Origin: Bacillota bacterium
GTDB lineage: Bacteria; Bacillota; SHA-98; UBA4971
Direction: 5' to 3'
Length of the DNA stretch: 55,671 nt
NCBI GenBank assembly: GCA_012841305.1
Contig: DUVA01000048.1
Span: forward strand, 1-55,671
The translations under genes and the position numbers were made by a program. How positions within the stretch are numbered: the first letter of the stretch is position 1; the number at the start of each line of letters is the position of its first letter. The notes below the pieces were generated by a model. The model was not told the DNA's origin, made no database searches, and worked only from the letters and a program-made list of their open reading frames with translations. Shown piece after piece: positions 1 through 8,535 of the stretch.

Positions 1-1
1 C

Positions 2-1021
2 ATCAGTTCAGGCTATGACTTCTACAATGATACAACTCAAGTGACTGATCATAACGGACATGGGACACACGTTGCAGGGATAATCGGTGCTGTTACCAAC
101 AACGGCCTGGGTATTTCCGGGATAAACTGGGATGTATCAATAATGGCTCTTAAAGCTGCTGATGATTCAGGCGCAGGGTACCTAAGTCTTTCGGAGATCA
201 TCGAAGCCTTGCGCTATGCAGCGGATAACGGGGCTGACGTGGTCAACATGAGCTTTCAAATAGGAGGCGCTTCAAGCGGTGAAGACTTCTTCATGGAAGA
301 GGCAATTGAATATGCGTATAATAAGGGCGTGACAATGGTAGCAGCTGCAGGAAATGAAGGGCAGGGATGGCTGGCATATCCTGCCAGACATTCAAAGGTC
401 ATTGCAGTCAGTGCTATCGGCCCTGACCTTAACCGTGCAAGTTGGAGCAACTACGGCAATAACATTGATGTGGCAGCCCCAGGCGACAGTATTGTCAGCA
501 CGTGGCCAATGAATACTTTTGCGTCTGCTTCAGGCACATCTATGGCAGCGCCTCAAGTCGCAGGTGTTGCGGCCCTTCTCATCGCCCAAGGAGTGAGAGG
601 CCCTGAGAACATAAGGCGCATCCTTCATGACACTGCCATGGATTTGGGCACGCCGGGGTACGATGACGTTTACGGCTGGGGCCTCGTTAATGCTCATGCA
701 GCAGTAAACGGCGCTCTGATCACTAACATGAAAGTCTTTGCAGGAGACGATGATGGGACAAGCGCAACTCCCCGCAGCGACATGGGAAATCCCACAGCAG
801 GTGGTTTCTTTGAAATACCGAATGTTGAAAAGGGTTCATGGTACATATATGGATGGATAGACATAAACAACAACGGAGTCGTGGACGAAGGAGACTACTT
901 CGGACGCACATCAAGTAAGGTGACTTTGAGCGGTGAAGTTCTGACAGGGATCGAACTTCGTGTGAGTCCTAACGTCGGATCCGGGATAACAGGGACATTG
1001 AAGCTAAGTGAGGATTATTAG
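2..1021 (+). CDS. Subtilisin-like S8 serine peptidase, 5'-truncated by window edge
   Basis: HGTHVAG, AAAGN and GTSMAAP catalytic motifs; frame open from position 2 (ISSGYDFYND...); C-terminal beta-rich extension. Confidence 0.95.
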   Translation: MSSGYDFYNDTTQVTDHNGHGTHVAGIIGAVTNNGLGISGINWDVSIMALKAADDSGAGYLSLSEIIEALRYAADNGADVVNMSFQIGGASSGEDFFMEEAIEYAYNKGVTMVAAAGNEGQGWLAYPARHSKVIAVSAIGPDLNRASWSNYGNNIDVAAPGDSIVSTWPMNTFASASGTSMAAPQVAGVAALLIAQGVRGPENIRRILHDTAMDLGTPGYDDVYGWGLVNAHAAVNGALITNMKVFAGDDDGTSATPRSDMGNPTAGGFFEIPNVEKGSWYIYGWIDINNNGVVDEGDYFGRTSSKVTLSGEVLTGIELRVSPNVGSGITGTLKLSEDY

Positions 1022-1058
1022 GCTTTATTGGCCTCCCGGACAAAGGAAGGTGATTGTG

Positions 1059-1535
1059 ATGTTTTGGACACGGATGCTTGCCGGTAACAAGATCGTCCTA
1101 TGCATGATATTGGTATTTGTTGCCTGTGTCCTCGTTGCCGGGTGTTCTGTGGACGCTTTCCGGAATCTGAAGGTTCAAGTAGGCGCAAGCCCGGTACGAG
1201 TAGACGGGCAAAACTTCCAAGTGTTTACCGTAGCAGCTCTAAACACAGGAGAGGAAAATGTCAAGCTCCAGTTTTCCAGTGGTATGCAATTCGATTTCGT
1301 GGTGGTGTCAGGGGATACTGAGATATGGCGCTGGTCCCATGACAAGGTAGCTACCATGATGTTGACAGAACGCGATATTGCCTCAGATGAGCTTGCCGTA
1401 TACTCAGTTGTCTGGGACGGCAGCGACCTTGGAGGTGCGCAGGTAGCACCAGGAGAATACCAAGTATTCGGAGAGATTCTTACAAAGCCTAAAGTAAAGA
1501 CGAACAACGTGACTTTCTATTGGCCCGGTAACTGA
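1059..1535 (+). CDS. Lipoprotein with BsuPI (intracellular proteinase inhibitor)-like domain
   Basis: Lipobox LVAGC; LQFSSGMQFDFVV...EIWRWS...VWDG..PGEY pattern typical of BsuPI; RBS AAGGAAGGTG before ATG 1059. Confidence 0.75.
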   Translation: MFWTRMLAGNKIVLCMILVFVACVLVAGCSVDAFRNLKVQVGASPVRVDGQNFQVFTVAALNTGEENVKLQFSSGMQFDFVVVSGDTEIWRWSHDKVATMMLTERDIASDELAVYSVVWDGSDLGGAQVAPGEYQVFGEILTKPKVKTNNVTFYWPGN

Positions 1536-1608
1536 GCCGGTAATTCCGGAACTGTTCATTTTGGCGCGTTCACCCTCATAGATTATCTGTAGTGTGGGGG
1601 TGAACGCT

Positions 1609-2601
1609 ATGCCTTCTCGCATCGTACGGAGAGCTCTTGTCTTCTTGGTGATCTCAGTCGTTGCTGCTTCTACCCTGCTTCTTATTGTTTCTACAGGCAA
1701 ATCGGGTAAGTTTCCAGTGTCTGTGGAGGCAAACCCCGGTAGTTACCAAATCACTGTCCCAAAGTGTGAATGCAGCTCAACTTACCGGAGCTTGTGCCTT
1801 ACTCATCCCCATTTACGTGGGCACGATGTTGCTGAACTTCAAGAGCGTCTTCTTTCCTTAGGCTTCTTTCGGGGGAAGGTTGACGGCGTATTCGGCGTCT
1901 CAACTGATTCCGCCGTGCGAGAATTCCAGAAGGCTGTCAGCATGGAACCTACCGGCCTTGTCACAGATTCAGTATGGCTTCGTATGGCCACAGGCCCGTC
2001 ACGTACTCTGCCTGCAATTGCTGAACTTCCCAAAGGCGTGCGAAAGATTGTTGTTGACGTTAATAGGCTCGTTCTAACTCTCTATGTAGGTGATGAAGTC
2101 ATCAAGAAGTACCCGATAGCGATTGGAAAGTGGCACACCCCGACACCCATAGGGGAATTTGTTATCCTTAGCAAAGACTATGCGCCCGGTGGGGCGTTCG
2201 GAAGCAGATGGATGGGGCTTAATGTCCCATGGGGAGGGTACGGAATTCACGGCACAAACAAACCGTGGTCAATCGGTAGCGCAGCCAGCGCAGGGTGTAT
2301 CAGGATGTTCAACGAAGACGTAGAAGAGCTTTTCGAACTGGTTACAGTCAAGACTCTGGTTGAAATAATCGGAGAAGAGCCTGAGGGAGATATTACACGC
2401 ACCCTTGAAATTGGAGATATGGGCCACGATGTCCAAGTGCTTCAACTCCACCTTCGACGAGGAGCCTTTGACGCCGGCCCTTTAGACGGAAGGTTTGGTG
2501 TTCGTGTTGAATCTGCAGTAAGAGAGATGCAGAAGCTCTACGGACTCCCGCCTACAGGCCGAGTCAGTGTAAACGAGCTATACCTTTTGGGGCTGCGCTA
2601 A
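1609..2601 (+). CDS. L,D-transpeptidase (YkuD family) with two peptidoglycan-binding domains
   Basis: GxDVxxLQ..L...G..DG.FG PG-binding motifs flank YPIAIG..TPTP.G and GIHGT...SAGCIRM; N-terminal TM/signal. Confidence 0.9.
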   Translation: MPSRIVRRALVFLVISVVAASTLLLIVSTGKSGKFPVSVEANPGSYQITVPKCECSSTYRSLCLTHPHLRGHDVAELQERLLSLGFFRGKVDGVFGVSTDSAVREFQKAVSMEPTGLVTDSVWLRMATGPSRTLPAIAELPKGVRKIVVDVNRLVLTLYVGDEVIKKYPIAIGKWHTPTPIGEFVILSKDYAPGGAFGSRWMGLNVPWGGYGIHGTNKPWSIGSAASAGCIRMFNEDVEELFELVTVKTLVEIIGEEPEGDITRTLEIGDMGHDVQVLQLHLRRGAFDAGPLDGRFGVRVESAVREMQKLYGLPPTGRVSVNELYLLGLR

Positions 2602-2647
2602 GCGTGGCTTCCAAAACCACGAGGCTCTTTCGGCTGTGCCCGGTCTA

Positions 2648-2923
2648 GGTATGAGTTCATCAATTTTTGCTGGTTTTCCGAGGTCTTGGGTGGCCCCGCA
2701 CGGTACGTACGCTTTCTGGAACCGGCGATTGCTTATGGTGGAGATCGTTGATTTCTCCCAATAGCGGCCAGGCATCCTGGGTCTTTGTGGTTATGCCGAG
2801 ACTATTTTCACATGGACTGTACCTATCATAAAGCAGGATTATGGCATTACACTGTTTGTCAATGTACAGTCCATATTTACATTTAACTGGGAGAACTCAA
2901 CGGTCTCATGGTGATCTACTTAG
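2648..2923. repeat. Dispersed REPIN/MITE-like element, copy 1
   Basis: 2648-2751 matches reverse complement of 25570-25673 (12 mismatches in 104 bp by hand); 2888-2923 matches rc of 25457-25492; internal inverted repeats 2741-2760 and 2888-2907. Confidence 0.85.
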
Positions 2924-3030
2924 TAAGGCTGCACACCGGTATGTAGCGCACCGGCTGGCAAGTGCGATGATTTGATTTGACGGCCGCTCTCATAATACGC
3001 AGGAAGGAATTGCGTGTAGGAGGGATTTGC

Positions 3031-4512
3031 GTGTCTGGAACTGGAAAGGCTATTAAAGTTGCCTTGGTAGTCCTGGTAACCTTGCTGGCAGGTATTATCA
3101 TATACGGTGCTGTGGTATTCAACCGGCCGGAACTTATGCCCCCAGGGCCATATCATCCTCGAGCATTGGTGTCGCAGTTTAGGGGGTACCGTGTCCACCC
3201 CTGGGTGAAAATCGATCCGACTAAGCAATATACATTGAAGATATGGAGCACTCGTTGGCCTATGTTTCGGGACGGCTACGGATATGACGATCTTATCGAA
3301 GAAGTAATTGACAAATTTCAGGCTGATTACCGGAATGTAGATGTTGAATATGTGCTTTTACCGTTAGATGAAGTCGGAAGGGCAATAGCTGAGGCGGTTG
3401 AAAACGCAACTCCTCCTAACATATGCATAGCTCCGTTCGATCCATCCCTTGTTGACAGTGGATTAGTCGTGCCTATCAACATGTTTATGTGTGACGAACC
3501 AAGAGACGATATTAAGGCTACCCCGGCTACAGACTTCGAACTCTCTTCTTTACAGGCTGTATCCGCAGGCAATCGCCTGTGGGCATGGCCTTCATGGATA
3601 GCAGTGAAATCTTGGGCAGGAAATGCAGCGATCCTGAGAGAGGTGGGCATTGATGTTGAGCGAGTCATGCTTTACGGATGGTCGTATGAAGATATCTTGA
3701 CAATGATAGAGACTCTAAGGGCGCGGGAAGCCGGAGTGCCGGAGCAATACATGACATATGGTCTTGTCCTGGATACAACAGCTACTCATGTCCTTGACAC
3801 ACTTATGGAGGCGACCGGACGAGGGCTTGTGCTATCAGAGGATGGCGACCTTATGTGGCAAGGAGAGGCCATAAGATCCAGCTTGTCTTTTCTTCAGGAT
3901 GTTAACGCAATGAATGGCTTTCCCGAGCCGATCCACATGATGACTGAGAGAATGCTCGAGCTTTTTTGGACAGGTAGGGCAGCTGTGATAGGGCCGGTAG
4001 GCCCTGGTTTTCTAAGACATGTCCGTGAAAGGCAGGATAGGATAACCGCAGGTGGTGTGTTCTCCGGAAAGGAAACGGTCGAGCCTGTACTTCTGCCTGT
4101 GCCTCATCCTACAGGAGGCATGAGCTCTCCATGTATCACTGTGCATGCAGCTGCGGTATTGACATATCCGGGCACAGGCGGGGAAGACACTGCATATCTG
4201 GCTGTCAGGCTTTCGGAAGCCCTGGCCAGAAAAGAGGCCTTGTGGCTTGCAGGCGAGTTGCCTGTGGTGCCTGCCAGAACCAAAGACCGTCAACATGGGT
4301 TTGATCTGGCCACCCGGCCTGACGGCGCCAGCCGGCGTTTTCTTCTGGGCGCCGCGTCATCCGGCCGGATGTACCGCAACCTATCTTCTGAGATGAAGGA
4401 AAAAGAGAAGCTTTTGCGAGAACAAGTAATCAGTCCCATGATGGATCAGTTTTGGAGAGGGGCTTTGAGCCCTGATGAGTTTAAACAACGCCTGCATGAT
4501 GCTGAGAGGTGA
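3031..4512 (+). CDS. Membrane-anchored extracellular solute-binding protein (ABC sugar-type SBP-like)
   Basis: N-terminal TM; 'IDKFQADYRNVDVEY', 'GNRLWAWP', 'LFWTGRAAV' resemble SBP family 1; RBS AGGAGG before GTG 3031. Confidence 0.65.
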   Translation: MSGTGKAIKVALVVLVTLLAGIIIYGAVVFNRPELMPPGPYHPRALVSQFRGYRVHPWVKIDPTKQYTLKIWSTRWPMFRDGYGYDDLIEEVIDKFQADYRNVDVEYVLLPLDEVGRAIAEAVENATPPNICIAPFDPSLVDSGLVVPINMFMCDEPRDDIKATPATDFELSSLQAVSAGNRLWAWPSWIAVKSWAGNAAILREVGIDVERVMLYGWSYEDILTMIETLRAREAGVPEQYMTYGLVLDTTATHVLDTLMEATGRGLVLSEDGDLMWQGEAIRSSLSFLQDVNAMNGFPEPIHMMTERMLELFWTGRAAVIGPVGPGFLRHVRERQDRITAGGVFSGKETVEPVLLPVPHPTGGMSSPCITVHAAAVLTYPGTGGEDTAYLAVRLSEALARKEALWLAGELPVVPARTKDRQHGFDLATRPDGASRRFLLGAASSGRMYRNLSSEMKEKEKLLREQVISPMMDQFWRGALSPDEFKQRLHDAER

Positions 4513-4928
4513 TCGAATTTCGCACACCTAAACCCTGATCTGTGCTCGAAAATAGTACACGTCCTTTGTGAAGACCCCTGCGGTGTCCGGTTTTCGATCA
4601 CGGATTCCGAAAACGTGCTCGAAAATAGCGCACGGTTCTCCAAACTTGTGTTCGAATTTCGATCAGGCACCGTTAGAAATCGCTTAATATGTAGCGTCGT
4701 TCGGGTTTAGTGATCCAAAATCGAACACCAAACCCGGAGGGTGTGCTCGAAAATAGGACACGGCTTCCGGAGAATCACCGATTTTCAGGTGCCCTCCGGC
4801 TTATTCGTGAAAGTGTGTTCGAAAATAGCACACGGCCGTCTACACCGGTGCTCGAATTTCAATCAGGCACCATCAAAAGTCGCTCACTATGTAGAGTTAT
4901 TTGGGTTTGGTGTTCGATAATCGAGCAC
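4509..4928. repeat. Array of ten 19-bp imperfect palindromes (consensus GTGTTCGA-N3-TCGAACAC / GTGCTCGAAAATAGTACAC)
   Basis: Units start at 4509, 4542, 4583, 4615, 4648, 4710, 4743, 4815, 4848, 4910; internal 200-bp-offset duplication (4615-4728 vs 4815-4928). Confidence 0.92.
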
Positions 4929-5041
4929 GTCACTGAGACATGCTGTGAAATATCATATACACAGAATTATTCACACTCCGGACATGCAGTCGAATTCATT
5001 TATATACCGAACTCATTGGCGGATCGATTGCATCGGCCTAC

Positions 5042-5216
5042 TGGGCGAGCCAGTCGCTCACACTCCCCAGTGAGGCCCCAAAATTCGCCGGAATGGCTCT
5101 CCGGAAGAGGCAAGCGATAGCCGGAGGGACACCAAATCCGCCGAAGTGGCTCGGGGAGGGCCACTCAGCGATCGGCCGGCAATCAGATTCGCCTGGGTGG
5201 CTCTCAGGAAGAGCCA
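5042..5216. repeat. Four 19-bp hairpins at an exact 52-bp period (TGGCTCT-N5-AGAGCCA type)
   Basis: TGGGCGAGCCAGTCGCTCA 5042, TGGCTCTCCGGAAGAGGCA 5094, GTGGCTCGGGGAGGGCCAC 5146, TGGCTCTCAGGAAGAGCCA 5198; last three preceded by similar AxATxCGCC. Confidence 0.75.
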
Positions 5217-5388
5217 TGCTCGACGAAGAGACCCTGTAAGGGGCCCCTCCCTATATGCTTTTCATAGATGGACAAAGCTCCCATCCAATCTGACGGCTAT
5301 AACCAGAGTGCCAGCTGGAACGCATATCCAGGGATAAGGGCGTTTGCGGAATTCGTGCAATGTACCGGCAGTAATGCATCGGCAGAGG

Positions 5389-5417
5389 TTGACAGTTGAG
5401 GTATGATATGTTAAAAC
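5389..5417 (+). promoter_or_regulatory. SigA-type promoter upstream of yabE-like gene
   Basis: TTGACA-N17-TAAAAC with TG before -10. Confidence 0.5.
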
Positions 5418-5557
5418 CTATCCTACGAGACAAAACACGAATTAGGATATGTCAACCGTAACACCTTTATCCAGCTTTGAATAAATTAGGTGACTACATG
5501 CCGATAATGATGTATAGTAGAGAACATCTGGTATAGGATTCCAGTTCCGGCTCTAAA

Positions 5558-5584
5558 GAAGGAGTTTAGGATTTTTGGCCGAAT
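5558..5584 (+). promoter_or_regulatory. SigH-type promoter
   Basis: GAAGGAGTT-N11-GCCGAAT matches the RNAGGAWWW-N11/12-RNNGAAT consensus. Confidence 0.55.
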
Positions 5585-5673
5585 AATATGGCCAAAAGAC
5601 CTGGTGCCGGATGAGTGCCGGAATTGATATCAAGAAAAGCAGGGTTATTATACACTGCAAGGAGGATGGGATC

Positions 5674-6705
5674 ATGACGTCCAGCCCCTGTTATAGGCAG
5701 GAGCGAGCGTCGGTATTTGTCGAACGCAGAAGAGAAATCGCTCTTGTTTCATGTTGCGTGGTGCTCTTAGTGACTGGGCTTGCAGGAGCAGCGCGGGAAA
5801 TAAGAATAATTGTTGATAATGAGGTTATAGCGGTTGCCGCGGCCCCTGCTCTTAGGGTGGGAGATGTCCTGAAACAGGCCGGGGTGGAATTACAAGACGG
5901 CGATAAAGTGACACCTCAAATATCAGAGCGTGTACGTGGGAGAGGTGTCATCACTGTTACCCGTGCAGTTCCTGTAGAGCTTACAGTAGACGGCTCGAAA
6001 GTTGGGCTCCGTTCAACAGGTCCGATGGTTAAACATGTTCTGGCTGAGTCCGGAATCCTGCTGAGGCCTGAGGACAAGGTCAGTCCGGGAATGGAAGCCG
6101 GACTTACTCCCGGTATGAACATCAAAGTGACTCGAGTGACATCTGAGGTGGTCGTGCGACAGGTCCGTATCCCGTATCGCACTGAGGAAAGACCTGATTC
6201 AGGTATGGATCGCGGTGAATCTAAGGTTATCAAGCAGGGAATCGAAGGCCTTCGTGAAGAGGAAGTTCGTGTGACCTATGAGGATGGCAGAGTCGTCAAT
6301 GAGACTGTGCTGTCCAGCAGAGTATTGCGGGAAGCAGTCTCAAGAGTGGTGAGAGTAGGCACTCGCAATCCAATCAGAACCTTGCTTACTTCAAGAGGTA
6401 CCTTTAGGTACCGGGAAGTCAAAACCATGACAGCCACTGCTTATGAGCCGGGCCCTACCAGTTGCGGAAAGTGGGCGGACGGCTATACAGCTATCGGCCT
6501 GAAGGCCGTCCCCGGCATTGCTGCCGTAGATCCAAAGGTCATACCTCTTCGCACTAAGCTGTATGTGGAGGGTTATGGACCTGCAATCGCAGGTGATGTG
6601 GGAGGCGCTATCAAAGGCAACAGAATCGACTTGCTCTTTGAGACTGTAGAGGAGGCACTACGGTACGGAAGACGGAAGGTGAAAGTTTATATTCTGGAGC
6701 CATGA
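5674..6705 (+). CDS. yabE: YabE-like protein (DUF348 repeats, G5 domain, 3D domain)
   Basis: DUF348-type repeats, G5 (GESKVIKQGIEG...VVRVGT), 3D (MTATAY...AAVDPKVIPL...DVGGAIKGNRIDL); sits before rsmA. Confidence 0.9.
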   Translation: MTSSPCYRQERASVFVERRREIALVSCCVVLLVTGLAGAAREIRIIVDNEVIAVAAAPALRVGDVLKQAGVELQDGDKVTPQISERVRGRGVITVTRAVPVELTVDGSKVGLRSTGPMVKHVLAESGILLRPEDKVSPGMEAGLTPGMNIKVTRVTSEVVVRQVRIPYRTEERPDSGMDRGESKVIKQGIEGLREEEVRVTYEDGRVVNETVLSSRVLREAVSRVVRVGTRNPIRTLLTSRGTFRYREVKTMTATAYEPGPTSCGKWADGYTAIGLKAVPGIAAVDPKVIPLRTKLYVEGYGPAIAGDVGGAIKGNRIDLLFETVEEALRYGRRKVKVYILEP

Positions 6706-7607
6706 AAAAGCAAATAACGAATATGAGTAAAGAATCTAAAATTCGGCCGAGGAAACACCTCGGCCAGAATTTTCTTATCGACCGCTCCATTTTGGAAGTC
6801 ATTGTTAATGCTGCCAAGTTAACCAAGGATGATTTGGTTTTAGAGATTGGTGCAGGCACCGGGACGCTGACTGAGGCGCTTTCAAGGGACGCCGGTCATG
6901 TCGTTGCTGTTGAAATAGATGAGAGATTGGTTTCCCTGCTTCGACAAAAGTTCTTTCAATATCCCGATGTAGAGATTGTAAAAGGGGACTTTCTGCAGCT
7001 AAACTTGACAGAGCTAACCGCTTCTAGTACACTGATTTCAGAGAAATCTAAAGTGGTTGCCAATTTGCCTTACTATATTACGTCTCCTATTATTTTGGAA
7101 TTATTTCGTCATGCCGAGCTTTTCGAACGATTGGTGGTTCTGGTTCAGAAGGAAGTCGCAGAGCGAATTGTCGCAGCTCCGGGCTCCAAGAGGTACGGAG
7201 CATTTTCCGTAGCTGTGCAGTATCACGCGGATCCGGAGATTATGGCAATCGTGCCTCCTGAGGCGTTTTGGCCTCAACCCAAAGTGGACTCTGCTGTGGT
7301 CAAGATGATGATTCGCGAAGCCCCCCGGGTAAAAACAGTTGATGAGGGAATCTTCTTTGCGGTAGTCAGAGGCGGTTTTGCAAAAAGGCGAAAGACAATT
7401 CTGAGAGCGCTTTCCATGGCGGGAAAGACCTATCCGGAGCTTGCGTCCGTCAAGGAGGATAGCATAAGGAGGATCCTTGCCGAGGTTGGCGTGGATTCAG
7501 AGAGAAGAGCTGAGACTCTATCATTAGAGGAGTTCGGCAGAATAGCAGACGCAATCGCATTGGAACGTGGTGAACTTAGTCAGGGTGAGAAACATGATGT
7601 TCATTAG
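6702..7607 (+). CDS. rsmA: 16S rRNA dimethyladenosine transferase KsgA/RsmA
   Basis: KHLGQNFL, VLEIGAGTG, VVANLPYYIT, QKEVAERI, PKVDS, RRAETLS. Confidence 0.97.
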   Translation: MKKQITNMSKESKIRPRKHLGQNFLIDRSILEVIVNAAKLTKDDLVLEIGAGTGTLTEALSRDAGHVVAVEIDERLVSLLRQKFFQYPDVEIVKGDFLQLNLTELTASSTLISEKSKVVANLPYYITSPIILELFRHAELFERLVVLVQKEVAERIVAAPGSKRYGAFSVAVQYHADPEIMAIVPPEAFWPQPKVDSAVVKMMIREAPRVKTVDEGIFFAVVRGGFAKRRKTILRALSMAGKTYPELASVKEDSIRRILAEVGVDSERRAETLSLEEFGRIADAIALERGELSQGEKHDVH

Positions 7608-8064
7608 TCCCTCAAAGGGAAAAATGAGTTTCGACGAGGCTTTTAAGGATATCGTCGGCTATATGCAGGAAATGCCCGGCATTCCGTACAGGCTGATTAT
7701 CGGCACTGATTCTCAGTTGCGAGAGGATGCTTGTTTTGTTACTGCCATAGTCATTCACAGAGTGGGTAAAGGCGGACGCTATTACTATACCAAGGAAAAC
7801 GAAAGAATGGGTCGCAGTTTGAAGCAGAGGATCTTCTTTGAGGCTGCAAAAAGCCTGGGAATCGCCAGCAGGCTTGCTGAGAAGCTTGCTCAAAACGGAT
7901 ACGGGGATTTAAATGTTGAAATCCATCTGGATATCGGTCAGAACGGAGAGACGAAAGATCTTATCAGAGAGATTGTCGGTATGGTAACAGGCACCGGATT
8001 TGAAGCTAAGATCAAGCCGGATGCTTATGGAGCAACAAAAGTCGCGGATAAGCACAGTAAATAG
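7594..8064 (+). CDS. RNase H-like YkuK (DUF458) family protein
   Basis: IIGTDSQ, FVTAIVIHR.GKGG, EIHLDIG, IKPDAYGA..VADKHSK. Confidence 0.88.
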   Translation: MMFISPSKGKMSFDEAFKDIVGYMQEMPGIPYRLIIGTDSQLREDACFVTAIVIHRVGKGGRYYYTKENERMGRSLKQRIFFEAAKSLGIASRLAEKLAQNGYGDLNVEIHLDIGQNGETKDLIREIVGMVTGTGFEAKIKPDAYGATKVADKHSK

Positions 8065-8181
8065 ACGGCCATTGACACTCCCCTTTACGGCTTGTTCTTG
8101 CCGTCCGGCGAATGCCGGTATGTAATCCCTCATTGCGTATTCAAGGAAACAGAGCTCCTCTTTAGTAGCAATCGTTTTTTG

Positions 8182-8292
8182 CTGCATGATTTTCCGCCAC
8201 CTTATGCGAGGCGATAGTCTGCGTGGTCGAAAACAGACCGCTTATCGGCTCTTTACTGCAGAAAACCCAAAAGGTGGTTGAGAATCGACCAT
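8182..8292. repeat. Mini-array of GTGGTCGA-N3-TCGACCAC-type palindromes
   Basis: CTGCATGATTTTCCGCCAC 8182 (degenerate), GTGGTCGAAAACAGACCGC 8223, GTGGTTGAGAATCGACCAT 8274. Confidence 0.6.
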
Positions 8293-8421
8293 GTTCGTGT
8301 TAACCGGCGTGATCCCAGGCGGGGACTATTTGGCGCTGCTCTTTAGTCGGCTCAAGCTTGATCTTAACTGAGATCTGCACTGTTTACCCTCTCTCGGAAG
8401 TCTTTTGCCTTGCGATTTGCG

Positions 8422-8458
8422 GCATGCCTTCCTTAGATTAGGAGGGCGTGTTCTTTAT
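8422..8458 (+). terminator. Intrinsic terminator
   Basis: GCATGCCTTCCT/AGGAGGGCGTGT stem followed by T-rich tail. Confidence 0.5.
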
Positions 8459-8470
8459 TATAAAGAGCCT

Positions 8471-8499
8471 TCACCTTTTCTCGTCCACCTCATAGTATG
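8471..8499 (+). promoter_or_regulatory. SigK-like promoter for yabG
   Basis: TCAC-N16-CATAGTATG; yabG is SigK-dependent in studied spore formers. Confidence 0.45.
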
Positions 8500-8535
8500 T
8501 CATATCATGGACTTGATCCCTTTGGAGGGGAGAGC

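Noticed and set aside
2578-2775. Similar peptides from 2578-2775(-) and 25540-25746(+)
   Set aside because: Differences between the copies are mostly non-synonymous and starts and stops are not shared, so the homology is at DNA level.
4509-4928. CRISPR array interpretation of the palindrome arrays (also 41985-42445 and 52122-52574)
   Set aside because: Repeats are only 19 bp and degenerate, and spacers vary from 13 to 85 bp. Spacers are conserved between the two A copies, and no cas genes are present.
4446-5120. ORFs 4446-4670(-), 4710-5120(+) and 41948-42358(-) with ENRT/FEH repeats
   Set aside because: These are translations of the DNA palindromes. Many spacings are not multiples of 3 and the frames are not kept between copies.
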